Shown one piece after another: positions 1 through 10,295 of a DNA stretch of 64,000 nt. A program made the translations under genes and the position numbers. How positions within the stretch are numbered: position 1 is the stretch's first letter; each line of letters starts with the position of its first letter. The notes beneath the pieces were generated by a model. That model made no database searches and was not told the origin of the DNA. It saw only the letters and a list, made by a program, of their open reading frames with translations. The DNA is taken from positions 4,879 through 68,878 of the forward strand of contig CAVRVE010000002.1 in NCBI GenBank assembly GCA_963724555.1, given 5' to 3'. Source of the DNA: an uncultured Acidobacteriota bacterium (GTDB taxonomy: Bacteria > Acidobacteriota > Vicinamibacteria > Fen-336).

Positions 1-91
1 GGCCCCGGTTGAACTGGATGAGGGTGACGATCCCGGTAATCGAAGCCAGGAGAGCTGCGCTGCTTCTCAGGTTTTCCAGGACTCGCTTCAT
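1..91 (-). CDS. hypothetical protein, N-terminal fragment (gene runs off the left edge)
   Basis: ATG at 91-89 with GGAGGGAG (reverse of 98-105) 6 nt upstream. Reads MKRVLENLRSSAALLASITGIVTLIQFNRG. Absent from the ORF track because it is truncated. Confidence 0.35.
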   Translation of the reverse strand, partial: MKRVLENLRSSAALLASITGIVTLIQFNRG

Positions 92-150
92 CGGGCACTC
101 CCTCCTTGACGGCTGGGCAACGATAACCGAGGACGCAGATCCGCGCGAGA

Positions 151-1707
151 ATGCGACGTTCGTACCCCAGATGGAGAAACGCCATGGCTGCAGCTCTCAA
201 GCTCTTCCGCTACCCGACAACGGTCCTGGCGCTGGGCGCGTGTCTCGGCTTCGGGCCGACGACCGCGTTCGGCGAGCAGGACGCACAGGCAGCGCCGTCG
301 CTCGAAGAGCTGCGACAGCTCTTCGCCGAGCAGAAGCGGCTCGTCGAAGAGCAGGGCCGCGAGATCGCGGATCTGCGTCGAAAGCTCGACGAGACGAGCA
401 GCCTGGCGCTCGCGTCACGCAACGAGCTGGCGGAGATGCGCGAGAAGCCGCCCGCGGCGTCGGTGCCGACGGCGGTCGAGGAGCGCCTCGAGCGGATGGA
501 GCAGGACGTCCACCGGTTCCCCGAGCTCGCGGAGCAGGCGGTGACCGCGGGCGAGTTCCCGGGATCGATGCGCATCCCGGGCAGCGACGCGGCGCTGCGG
601 ATCGGCGGACTCGTCCGCATGCTGTCGGTCAACAGCTTCGACCCGATCGGCACGGAAGACCGGTTCGTCACGTCCTCGATCCCGGTCGAGGGAAGCGAGG
701 CCGCAAGCAAAGGCGACCGCACGACCTACACGGCCGCGCCCAGCCGCTTCAACCTCGACCTGCGCACGCCGACGGGCGTCGGCGCCATGCGCGCGTTCAT
801 CGAGGGCGACTTCGCCTCGTCGGGCAGCGGCAACCTGTTCCGGCTCCGCCACGCCTACGGCCAGTGGCGCAAGCTCACGGTCGGGCAGACCTGGTCGACC
901 TTCTCCGACCCCGAAGCCGAGCCGAGCGGGATCGACCGCGAGGGCCTGAATGCGATCTCGCTCTTCCGGCAGGCGCAGTTTCGCTGGACGACGCCGTTCG
1001 GGGAGCGGCTGGCCCTCGCTCTCTCCGCCGAGAACCCGGACCCCAACATCAGTGCGCCGGACGGCAGCGCGGTGCAGGCCGTCAACCAGGTGCCCGACCT
1101 GGTCACCCGGCTGCGCTGGTCGCCGGGCGAGAACACCCTCGTGGGCGGAGGGCTTGGCAACTGGCGTCAAGACCGCCTGAGCGGAGGCGGCCACGTCCAG
1201 CTGGCATTCGTCCTGCGCCAGATCCGTGGCGAGTACGTTCCCAACGCGACGCTTTCGACCCTCGGAGCCGGCGTCCATTACAGCGGCCGCATCACGTCGC
1301 CGCTGAACGCGGACCGGGACCGCATCCTCTTCGCACTCTCCGGCGGCTGGGGCATCGGCCGCTACATCACCGACCTCGGCGCCGTGGGCGGCCAGGACGC
1401 CGTGTACGATCCCGTGACGAACACGCTCGAGGCGCTTCCCGTCCTGTCCGGATACGTGGGCTACGAGCACTGGTGGATCCCGACGCTGCGCTCGACGGCC
1501 ACCTGGGGGACGGTCTACGTCGACAACCTCGACGTGCAGACGGGCAACGCCTTTCATCAAACCGACCGCGCCACGCTCAACCTGATGTGGTCGCCGATCC
1601 CGCGCATCGACATCGTGGGCGAGTTCCTCTGGGGCCGGCGGCTCAACAAGGACGGCCAGCGCGGCGAGGCGCGCCAGCTCCAGATCGGCACCAGCTTCCG
1701 GTTCTGA
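151..1707 (+). CDS. outer-membrane porin, DcaP-like (N-terminal coiled coil plus beta-barrel)
   Basis: ORF 151..1707. Signal-like N-terminus (alternative start M at 184: MAAALKLFRYPTTVLALGACLG). Heptad coiled coil SLEELRQLFAEQKRLVEEQGREIADLRRKL. Then alternating-hydrophobic strands ending LQIGTSFRF (C-terminal Phe). Confidence 0.75.
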   Translation: MRRSYPRWRNAMAAALKLFRYPTTVLALGACLGFGPTTAFGEQDAQAAPSLEELRQLFAEQKRLVEEQGREIADLRRKLDETSSLALASRNELAEMREKPPAASVPTAVEERLERMEQDVHRFPELAEQAVTAGEFPGSMRIPGSDAALRIGGLVRMLSVNSFDPIGTEDRFVTSSIPVEGSEAASKGDRTTYTAAPSRFNLDLRTPTGVGAMRAFIEGDFASSGSGNLFRLRHAYGQWRKLTVGQTWSTFSDPEAEPSGIDREGLNAISLFRQAQFRWTTPFGERLALALSAENPDPNISAPDGSAVQAVNQVPDLVTRLRWSPGENTLVGGGLGNWRQDRLSGGGHVQLAFVLRQIRGEYVPNATLSTLGAGVHYSGRITSPLNADRDRILFALSGGWGIGRYITDLGAVGGQDAVYDPVTNTLEALPVLSGYVGYEHWWIPTLRSTATWGTVYVDNLDVQTGNAFHQTDRATLNLMWSPIPRIDIVGEFLWGRRLNKDGQRGEARQLQIGTSFRF

Positions 1708-1725
1708 AGGCGCAACAGCGCGACC

Positions 1726-3933
1726 ATGCGACACCTGTTCATCGGCACGCTGCTCTGCATTCTGCCGATACCGGTACTCGCTCAAACCAAGGGTTCGGAT
1801 GCTTCCAGGAACTCCGCCCTCGAGCTCGACTGGGCCAATCGAGTGATGGCGAAGGACCCGAAGGTCCGGGCCACCGCCGAGGCCGAGCTGGTCCAGGGGG
1901 CGGGGCGTTCGCTGCCTTTGCTCAGACGATTCCTCAACCGTGGCGATGAAGGCCTGGAGCGGGAGACTTTCGAAATCATCAGGCGGATCGGTCCGCCGGC
2001 CATTCCGCTGCTGGTGGACCTGCTTCGTCATGAGCAGGTCTCGATCCGGCGCAGCGCCGTCGATTGCTTGATCGACCTGGCGCCCGATACGGAATGCGAT
2101 TCAACCGGCGCTCCGACGGGCACTGAGAGACGAGGATTCGGAGGTCGCGGGCGATGCCGCGCGTGCCCTGGGCGCTTTGGGCAAGAGGGCCGGTCCTTCG
2201 GTGCCCGCTCTCGTCAAGACTCTCTCGCACGAGGATCCTTACACCCGCATCTACGCGGCGGAGGCCTTGGCGTCCATCGGTCCGAAGGCAGGCGCGGCGA
2301 CCAGGGATCTCGCCAGAGCCCTGGGCGATCCGATTCCCGGGGTCCGATGGGCGGCGGGTGAAGCCCTCGCAAGCATCGGCCCGGCCGCGCAGTCCGCGGT
2401 GCCGCAGCTGATCGAAGCCCTGAAGGATGAGTTCCTCTACGTGCGCATCTGCGCGGCCGGTGCGCTGGGAAGCCTCGGGCCGAAGGCACAGGCGGCCCGC
2501 GAGGCGCTCCGAGCGGCCGCAAACGATCCCACGATGCGTTACGACGCCGAGTGGGCGCTCAATCGAATCGCTGGCGTCGAGCCTGGAGAGCCTGTCCTCT
2601 CACCCGTCGTGCCCGCGCCTTCCGTCGCGCCACAACCCCAGACGACAGTGGCGGAGACGGGCAATCCTCCGGTCGACTGGGATCCGACGACCGGGCGGAA
2701 CATCGTCTGGAGCGTCGAGCTGGGAAGCGAGACGTTCGGCCGTCCCGTGGTTGCGGGCGATGCGGTCTACGTGGGTACCGACAACGCCAGGCAGCTGAAC
2801 CCCGCCTTTCAGGAAGAGGCCGGCGTGCTCATGGCCTTTCGGGTGACGGATGGCCGATTCCTCTGGCAGGACCTGGCCCCGCGAGTGGAGCGCGGCCTGC
2901 GGGAGTTCCTGCTGCCTTCGACGACGAGTGCGCCGTATGTGGAAGGGAACCGCTTGTACTACGTCACCGCCGAGTGCCAGCTCCGTAGCCTCGACACGCA
3001 GGGCTTCCGCGATGGCGAGAAGAGCGGTCCCGACATCGCCTGGGAGCTGGACATGTGCGGCCGCCTGGGTGTCTTTCCGCACGAAGCCACCAACAGCGAA
3101 GTGCTTGCCCGTGGGTGATCTGCTGATGGTTTCGACCTCCAACGGCCAGAACGAAGGCCATACGCGCGTCCCATCGCCGCGCGCCCCGAGCCTGATCGCG
3201 GTGAACAAGCACTCGGGCGAAGTCGTCTGGCGCGCGATCGGCGCGGGCGAGCAGGTGCTGCACGGCCAGTGGTCGAGCCCGGTGGCGGCCGACGTCAACG
3301 GGCGCATCCTGGTGCTCTTCGGCGGAGGAGATGGCTGGCTGCGCGCCTACGACGCAGCGTCGGGTCGCGAAGTCTGGCGATTCGACGGCAACCCGAAGGA
3401 TGCCCGCTTCCTTCCGCGCCCCGGCGTCCTTTCGCGCGGCTCCATCATTGCGTCACCGGTCTTCGCCGACGGCCGCGTCTTCATCGCCATGGGGCAGAGC
3501 CCAGGGCACGGCAACGCACCTTCGTTCATTCATGCGATCAGCCCCAACGGCCAGGGAGACGTCACCGGGAGCAGGCTCCTCTGGACGTCTCGCGAGGTCG
3601 GCCGCGTGGTGGGAACGCCCATCGCGAAGGACGGTCTGCTGTACGTCGGGGACCTGGGCGGAACGGTTCACTGTCTGGACGCGGCAACCGGCGCCCTCGT
3701 CTGGAAGCACGAGACGAACGAGGCCATCTGGGGATGCCTCCTGCTGGCCGGCGACCGCCTCTACGTCGGGAACGTCGGAGGCCGCATGACCGTTCTGCGT
3801 GCCGGACGGCGACAAGGAAGTGCTGGCGCAGATCGAGATGGATGCGCCGCTCTATTCGCGTCCGGCGCTCGTCGGCGATGCGCTCTATCTGGCCACCGCG
3901 CGCCGGTTGTACCTCATCGCGGCGAAGCCTTGA
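1726..3933 (+). pseudogene. secreted HEAT-repeat / PQQ-like (BamB-type) beta-propeller fusion protein, frame-disrupted (about 3 shifts)
   Basis: ORF 1726..2361 carries signal peptide MRHLFIGTLLCILPIPVLAQ and HEAT repeats. ORF 2177..3118 carries HEAT units (DPYTRIYAAEALASIG, VRWAAGEALASIG, VRICAAGALGSLG). ORF 2850..4139 carries propeller blades (LIAVNKHSGEVVW, LRAYDAASGREVW, VHCLDAATGALVW). The last ~40 codons (DGKEVLAQIEMDAPLYSRPALVGDALYLATARRLYLIAAKP) lie in another frame ending TGA 3931-3933. Shifts near 2094, 3100 and 3806. Confidence 0.7.
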
Positions 3934-4903
3934 TCCGAAAGAAGTCGTCGAGCGCGCGCCGCACGTCCCCAGGGGATTCCATGAACGCGAAATGCCCGCA
4001 GTCCCGGAGCATGACGTGCCGGCCACCGGGAATGGCCCGTGAGATGTGCTCGCCGATCTCCACTGGGATGAAGTCGTGGTCCCCGGCAATGACAAGAGTC
4101 GGAATGCGCAGACTGCGAAGCCTGGGCAGCAGGTCGTAGCCGGCCGCTTGCCAGGTGTCGCGGTAGAGCTGGTCTTCGACCGCTCGCGCCTTCAGGATGC
4201 CTTCCTTGCCCTGCCTGATGAACTCCGCGCTCATCCTCGCCATCAGGCGCTCGTAGTCCTCGGCCCGCATGAGCGCCGGCTTGAAGTGGATTCGATAGCG
4301 CGCGGCGACCGCCTCCGGATCGCCCGCCCGGTACGCGTCGCTGGCAAGCACGACCCGCTGCCGATCCATGTCGGCGCCAAGCTTGGCCAGATACGCCTTC
4401 CGCAGCACCGCGACGTCGCTTGCCGAGGCCGGGGCAGGGTTCATCAGGATCAGGTGCGACACGTGCGTGGGATGGCGAAGGGCGTATTCCAGGGCGAGGA
4501 CCGCGCCCCAGGAATGGCCGAGCAACGCTGGCGCCTCGAGCGAATAGTGCTGCCTCACCTTGTCGAGGTCATCGACGTCGGACGCGATCGTCACGTCCTC
4601 CGGCCGAACGCCTTCCGCGGATCTCCCGCGCCCCCGCTGATCGTAGTAGATGAGTTGGAACCCGTCCTTCAGTTGATCCAGGTCGGGCAGGAAGTAGCTG
4701 TGGTCGAAATCGGGCCCGCCGTGGAGGACGATGACGGGTTGCCCACGCCCGATTGCTCGGCTGTAGAGCGAGGCGCTTCCGACCGGGATGCGAGTCTCGA
4801 GCGCGCTTGCGCCCTGGCCCGCCTGCTGCGCTCTCGCCGATTGTGAAGGCCACGCGGTCACGAGCGCTGCGGCAACGACCGCCCCTGTCGAGAGGCGTTT
4901 CAT
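3914..4903 (-). CDS. secreted alpha/beta hydrolase (proline iminopeptidase-like)
   Basis: Intact 329-aa ORF. Signal peptide, HGGPD oxyanion region, nucleophile elbow GHSWG, C-terminal DCGHF catalytic His region. Confidence 0.85.
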   Translation of the reverse strand: MKRLSTGAVVAAALVTAWPSQSARAQQAGQGASALETRIPVGSASLYSRAIGRGQPVIVLHGGPDFDHSYFLPDLDQLKDGFQLIYYDQRGRGRSAEGVRPEDVTIASDVDDLDKVRQHYSLEAPALLGHSWGAVLALEYALRHPTHVSHLILMNPAPASASDVAVLRKAYLAKLGADMDRQRVVLASDAYRAGDPEAVAARYRIHFKPALMRAEDYERLMARMSAEFIRQGKEGILKARAVEDQLYRDTWQAAGYDLLPRLRSLRIPTLVIAGDHDFIPVEIGEHISRAIPGGRHVMLRDCGHFAFMESPGDVRRALDDFFRIKASPR

Positions 4904-4910
4904 GTTCCGT

Positions 4911-5546
4911 TCAATCGAGATGGAGCCGGCGGTCGATCGCGTACCGCACGAGCTCGGCCGTGGAGTGCAGGCCGAGCGTCTCCATCATCTCGTACTTGTG
5001 GGTCTCGACCGTGCGCGTCGAGAGGCCCAGGTTCGCCGCGATCTCTTTCATGCGCTGGCCCTTCACGATCAGTCGCAGCACGTCGCGCTGGCGCGGCGTG
5101 AGCTGCGGCTCCGAAGGCCGCTCGGAGCCCGCCATGCGCTCCATGACCTCTTTCGTGAGCGCGGGCGTCAGGTAGACGCGGCCCTGCAGGGCCTGGCGAA
5201 TCGCGGTCAGCAGCTCTTCGCCGGCCGACTCCTTGAGCAGGTAGCCGGCGGCGCCTCCGCGCATGGCGATGGTCGCCAGGTTCGCGTCGTTGTGCATCGT
5301 CAGCACGATCACCTTGCTGTCGACGCCTTCGGCCTTGAGACGGGCGAGCACGTCGAGGCCGCTCAGCCCCGGCATGGAGAGGTCGGTGACGATCACGTCG
5401 GGGCGAAGCCGCATGGCGGCGTCGATCAGCAGCCCGCCGTCGCTCACCGCGCCGACGACGTCGAAGTCGTTGTCCTTGAGGAGTCGCGCCAGGCCTTCCT
5501 GGACGATCGCGTGGTCGTCGGCGAGCAGGACGGTGTTTCGCCGCAT
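4911..5546 (-). CDS. response regulator, NarL/FixJ (LuxR HTH) family
   Basis: Within ORF 4911..5690. Plausible start is ATG at 5546 (MRRNTVLLADDH). REC domain with DVIVTDLSMPG. C-terminal LuxR HTH LTPRQRDVLRLIVKGQRMKEIAANLGLSTRTVETHK. Confidence 0.9.
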   Translation of the reverse strand: MRRNTVLLADDHAIVQEGLARLLKDNDFDVVGAVSDGGLLIDAAMRLRPDVIVTDLSMPGLSGLDVLARLKAEGVDSKVIVLTMHNDANLATIAMRGGAAGYLLKESAGEELLTAIRQALQGRVYLTPALTKEVMERMAGSERPSEPQLTPRQRDVLRLIVKGQRMKEIAANLGLSTRTVETHKYEMMETLGLHSTAELVRYAIDRRLHLD

Positions 5547-5550
5547 CGGC

Positions 5551-6789
5551 CTAGGAGAGACTGACCTCGCGCTGCTGGCCTTCGGCGTCGGAGCCGGCCG
5601 CGGCCTTCGGGAGCGCGCCGACCGGGATCCGGACCCGCACACGCGTTCCCTGCTTCTCGTACGCCTCGAAGGTGACGGTGCCTCCGGCAAGCCTGACCCG
5701 CTCCCGGATGCTGACCAGCCCCAGCCCCTTGCCGCGCTCGAGCGAGCGCGCGACGTCGAACCCCTTGCCGTCGTCGACGATCGTCATCTCCGCGTAGTCG
5801 CCGGAACGGAGCAGCCGGACGTCCGCCCGGCTGGCGTCGGCGTGCGCGACGACGTTGCGCAGCGCCTCCTGCGCGGTCCGGTAGAGGCAAAGCGCCACCT
5901 CCGGGGCGACCTCTGCGAAGTCCCCCTCTGCGCTGCACGTCAGGACGGGCCCGTGCAAGCGCACGAGCTCGGCGCAGTACGAGGTCAGGGCGGCCACGAG
6001 CCCGGCGTGCCGCAGCACCGTGGGATGCAGGTCGTGGGAGAGGTGACGGACGTTCTGCGCCAGCGTGGCGGTGCGCTGGTGAAGCGCCCGAAGATCCGCC
6101 TTCAGCTCCTCGCCGACCTGCGACTCTTCCATTCGATGCTTGAGGCTGCTGAGGGCGATCGACAGGCCGGCCAGCTGCTGGCTGACGTCGTCGTGCAGGT
6201 CGCGCGCGATTCGTGCCCGCTCGGCATCCTGGGCCTCGATCAGCCGGCCGGCCAGGTGCTGGATCTCTCGATTGCTGAGCTCGAGGGCGGCCCGACTCTC
6301 GCGGATCCGCTCCTCCGCGTTCTTGCGCTCGGTGATGTCGATGTCGATGCCGACGTAACCCGAAAAACCGCCTCCCGGCCCATACATCGGGACTCCCGTG
6401 GCCAGGATCCATCGGTAAGCGCCGTCGGCACGGCGCATCCGGTATTCCACGAGGAAGGGCCGGCGCGCCTCGACCGCCGGAACGTAGATGCCGGCGGCGG
6501 GGTCCCGGTCATCCGGATGCACGGCCTCCAGCCAGCCCTCGTCCAGCAGCTTCTCGATCGGCAGCCCGGTGAACTCTGCGCAGAAGCGGTTGACGTAGTC
6601 GAGGGTGGTGTCCGGCCGGGCCGTCCAGACCATGCCGGGCGCGCGATCCAACATGAGCTGAAGCCGCCCCTCGCTCTCGCGCAGGGCCCGCGCGGCGCGG
6701 GCGCGTCGCGACTTTTGGACCAGCAGCGCCACGATGGCCGCGGCCTGAAGTCCGATGACGATCAGAAGAACGCCGGTGACGAAGCTCAT
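5551..6789 (-). CDS. PAS-domain sensor histidine kinase (HisKA_3/NarX type)
   Basis: Within ORF 5551..6993. Start ATG 6789 (MSFVTGVLLIVIGLQAAAIVALLV, a TM helix). PAS region, H-box ARDLHDDVSQQL, HATPase motifs DDGKGF and GLGLVSIRERV. Lies 4 nt upstream of its regulator gene. Confidence 0.9.
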   Translation of the reverse strand: MSFVTGVLLIVIGLQAAAIVALLVQKSRRARAARALRESEGRLQLMLDRAPGMVWTARPDTTLDYVNRFCAEFTGLPIEKLLDEGWLEAVHPDDRDPAAGIYVPAVEARRPFLVEYRMRRADGAYRWILATGVPMYGPGGGFSGYVGIDIDITERKNAEERIRESRAALELSNREIQHLAGRLIEAQDAERARIARDLHDDVSQQLAGLSIALSSLKHRMEESQVGEELKADLRALHQRTATLAQNVRHLSHDLHPTVLRHAGLVAALTSYCAELVRLHGPVLTCSAEGDFAEVAPEVALCLYRTAQEALRNVVAHADASRADVRLLRSGDYAEMTIVDDGKGFDVARSLERGKGLGLVSIRERVRLAGGTVTFEAYEKQGTRVRVRIPVGALPKAAAGSDAEGQQREVSLS

Positions 6790-6976
6790 GAAGCGGTTTC
6801 GCCCGATTGGGCAGGTTTGGCCGATTCTACCGCCGGCCGGGTCGGGCTCGCCTCGCGCCGATGCGGCGTGTCGTTGGACTTCCCTTGCGATAGTTGGAAC
6901 ACAAACCATAATAAGCGAAGGGCGCAGCTGCCCTCGACGCGCCGACGCGGCGGCTGCAGGCTCCGGGAGGCCTCGC

Positions 6977-8142
6977 ATGAGGATCGCCATCAACGGCGCG
7001 GGTATCGCCGGGCCGACGCTCGCGTACTGGCTGCGCAGAGCGGGGCACGAGGTGCTGCTCGATCGAAGAGGCGCCGGCGCTTCGTACCGGCGGCTACGTC
7101 ATTGATTTCTGGGGCCTCGGCTACGACATCGCCGAGCAGATGGGTCTGCTCCCCGCGAATCAGGGACTGGGCTACCAGGTGCGTGAAGTGCGCTTCGTCG
7201 ACAAGCGATGGACACAGGGTCGGCGGGTTCTCGGCCGATGTCTTCGGCCGCCTGACAGACGGACGATTCACGAGCCTGCGGCGCTCTGACCTGTCGGCGA
7301 CGATCTTCAGCGCGCTCGACGGAACGGTCGAGACGATATTCGGCGACTCGATTGCGGGTATCGAGGAGCAGCCTGATGCCGCACACGTTCGATTCCATCA
7401 GGCGCCGTCCACGCGACGTCGACCTGGTCGTCGGCGCCGACGGCCTGCACTCCCGGGTCCGCCAGATTGCCTTTGGACCACAGACACAGTTCGAAGTCCC
7501 GCTCGGTTATCACGTGGCAGCATTCGAGCTCGATGGCTACACGACCCCGGGATGAACTCGTCTACGTCAGTTATACGGTTCCGGGTCGGCAGGTGTCACG
7601 TTTTGCCATGCGCGATGACAAGACGCTCTTTCTCTTCGTGTTTCGCGACGAGTACCTGTCCGCGAACGTCTGTCGACCGAGGGCGAGCGGAAGTCGGCGC
7701 TGACTGACGTCTTTGCGGATGTCGGCTGGGAATGTCCGCGGATACTCGACGCGATGACGAGCTGTTCGCGATATCTACTTCGATCGTGTCAGTCAGATTC
7801 GAATGGACGAGTGGGCACGCGGCCGCACGGTGCTGGTCGGCGACGCGGCAGCCGGCGTCTCCCTGCTTGCTGGCGAAGGGACGGGCCTGGCGATGGCGGA
7901 GGCGTACGTGCTCGCGGCAGCGCTCCGCGACTGCGGAGGCGACCTCACGGCGGCGTTCGCCCGCTATCAGGCGAGCCTGAGGCCGTTTCTCAGACGCAAG
8001 CAGGAATCAGCAGCACGATTCGCATCTTCATTCGTGCCGAAGACTGCCGTCGGCATCGACATTCCGTAACGTCGTCACCCGGCTGCTGCGGATTCCTTCG
8101 GTTGCCGACATGTTCATCGGGCGTGACCTGCGCGATGACTAA
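6977..8142 (+). pseudogene. FAD-dependent monooxygenase (UbiH/salicylate-hydroxylase-like), heavily frame-disrupted (at least 6 shifts)
   Basis: Start ATG 6977 with GGGAGG upstream. GxGxxG motif in MRIAINGAGIAGPTLAYWLRRAGHEVLL. Further pieces YVIDFWGLGYDIAEQMGLL, VDLVVGADGLHSRVRQIAFG, RDELVYVSYTVPGRQVSRFAMR, RTVLVGDAAAGVSLLAGEGTGLAMAEAYVLA and RNVVTRLLRIPSVADMFIGRDLRDD* are spread over all three frames. Visibly lower GC than its surroundings. Confidence 0.75.
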
Positions 8143-8321
8143 TTCGCGCTGCTCGAGCCGGTGCAGTTCTACTACGGCCGGGCTCCCGCGGCGTGACCGA
8201 GCTGGTCGCGCAGGAGATCCAGACGGGCGCATCGGGCTTGCGGGAGGCCGGTCGCGAAGAACGCTCGCGACTCAGGCTGACGTTCGCGCGCAGGCTCGCG
8301 ACGAGAAATCGCGGACCTTCT

Positions 8322-9387
8322 TCAGCATTCGCCGGCTCCTGCGCAATCGCCGTGCCGCTTCGCCGCGGCTTCGAGGCGGCGCCGGACCCGGTCCAGGTTG
8401 GCTTCCAGCGCGTTCCTCGTGGCTCTCTTGACCTTGCCCATTACCAGGCTCTTGAGCCACCCAGGCGGATCGACCCGCGCCAGGCTCAGGCGGACGCAGT
8501 AGAAGTCCCCCGGCGAAGCGCCCTCCAGCAGCCACGAAGAGCTCGAGCCGGGAGCGAAAGTAGTGAGTGTCGCTGAGGTGCTTGTCGGCGATCGCGTAGC
8601 GCACGAGGCTCGCATCGGCTCCTCGGTGCAGGACGAGATGGTGCAGGCTCGTGACGGGCTTGCTCAGCTTCTCCGTCGACCAGTAGAAGCTGTCGTGCGT
8701 GTCGGGAAGAGCCGCCTTCGGGTAACCCAGCACGTACTCCAGGAACGGCGAGCGCGCGTCGACGTAGGCCGACTCCCCGACGCTGCGAGCGATTTCCTCG
8801 GCGACGCTCACCGGGCGCTTCTTGTCGAGGTAGATCGGCAGGGTGCCGTCGCGCCGGTAGGCCACCACGATTCCCAGCATCCATTCCCTGAGCAGATCGG
8901 AGAAGCGCGCACGAGCGCCAGGCGAACGCCACTCCACCTGCCTGACGCGGCGCAGCCCGGCTTCGTCGAGCTTGAGACCGCAGTCCTGCGCCTCGCAGTC
9001 GCGGACGCCCTCGAGGTCGCGAGGGTCGAAGGCGAGGGCCGCGAGGTCTTCGAGCCGCGGCGGCTCGGAGAAGGCGCCTGACTGCAGCTGGGCCTCCACC
9101 CCCATCAAGGCCCACAGCGCGGCCGCGTCGTCCAGCAGGCGCTGCATGGGCGCGCGGACGTGAACGGCAGCGGCCAGCGTGAGCTGGGAAGCCTCCGCGC
9201 CGTCGAGGATGCGGGCCGCCACGCGGCCGCTTTCCACGCTTGCGATCTGGCGTTCATCGAGGCCGAGAGTTCTCACGAACGCGCGCACCCCGGGGCTGTC
9301 AGGGGCGGCGAGGGCGACAGGAGGGAGGCTCGCCACCAGAACAAGGACTGCAGGGAGCCTGCTCCGATGCGTCGCCGTCGGAATCAT
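8322..9387 (-). pseudogene. hypothetical secreted protein, one apparent frameshift near 8545
   Basis: ORF 8272..9408 (signal peptide MIPTATHRSRLPAVLVLVASLPPVALA). It continues after ...HYFRSRLELF in ORF 8322..8615 (WLLEGASPGDFYCVRLSLARVDPPGWLKSLVMGKVKR...). I recognise no family. Confidence 0.45.
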
Positions 9388-9466
9388 GGCGTCCGAGTTA
9401 TGGCACATTCTGAGGCCGAACGAACGGACTCAGGGGGCGGCTTTCTTGCGGGCGACCAGCCCTGCA

Positions 9467-10198
9467 CTACGGAGACGCCGGCCGGTCGGAAGAGCTTTCC
9501 CCGGCGCGACCGTGCAAGCGAGACGAGGCGACGGGCTCCGCGCACAAGGCCGTGACGGGGAGGCTCCAGAGGCTCATGCGCTCCACGCTCGTCGGCCGGA
9601 AGCCATTCCGCTCGAGGTGGCCCAGGACGTCGATCGGCCGGCAGTCGATCAAGGTGCGGGAACTGCCGGTGCAGCCACGCGTACGCCTGGGTCGCGAAGC
9701 CCGGTTCGGGCTCGACGCTGAGGCAGACGATGGCGAGCCGGCCGCGCGGGCGCAAGACACGCTTGAGCTCCGACAGCACCCGCGCGATGTCCGGTGGTTC
9801 GAAGAGCTCGAGCGTGAAGCTCATGAACGCCGCGTCGAAGCTGGCCGCGCGATACGGGAGGCGCGTGCGTCGCCACGCTGCAGATGGACACGCACCGGCA
9901 GGATTCCAGCCGCTGGCGAGCCAGGCGGAGCATCCCCGACGACGTGTCGAGCCCGCACGCAGGCCGGAACGACCCACTGCCTAGGCCAGCTCAGGAGGGC
10001 GCGGCCGGTCCCGGCGCCGATCTCGAGCACGCGCTCGCCCGGCGCGGCATCCAGCAGGGCGAGGCCACGCTCCCGCGCATCGTGCTCCGCCGGGTCCGCG
10101 ACCAGATCGTAGGCGCTGCTGATGCGGTCGTAGCGCGCGGTTGCAGGGCCGCCTGAGGGCTCGCTCAAGGGAGTCCCCTCGCGCAAGCAGAATACCAT
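9467..10198 (-). pseudogene. class I SAM-dependent methyltransferase, frame-disrupted (about 3 shifts)
   Basis: ATG at 10198 (MVFCLREG...). SAM motif I LDAAPGERVLEIGAGTG in ORF 9821..10459. FDAAFMSFTLELF and LKRVLRPRGRLAIV in ORF 9384..9977. C-terminus IDCRPIDVLGHLERNGFRPTSVERMSLW in ORF 9467..9760. Confidence 0.65.
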
Positions 10199-10295
10199 CC
10201 GAGCGCGATAGTTGGAGGTCAAATCAAAGTTATGCTCTCGTGACCGGAGAGCGGCGTGGAGAGCCGGGGCGGGCGAGCAACGGAGGAGGGCGGAC

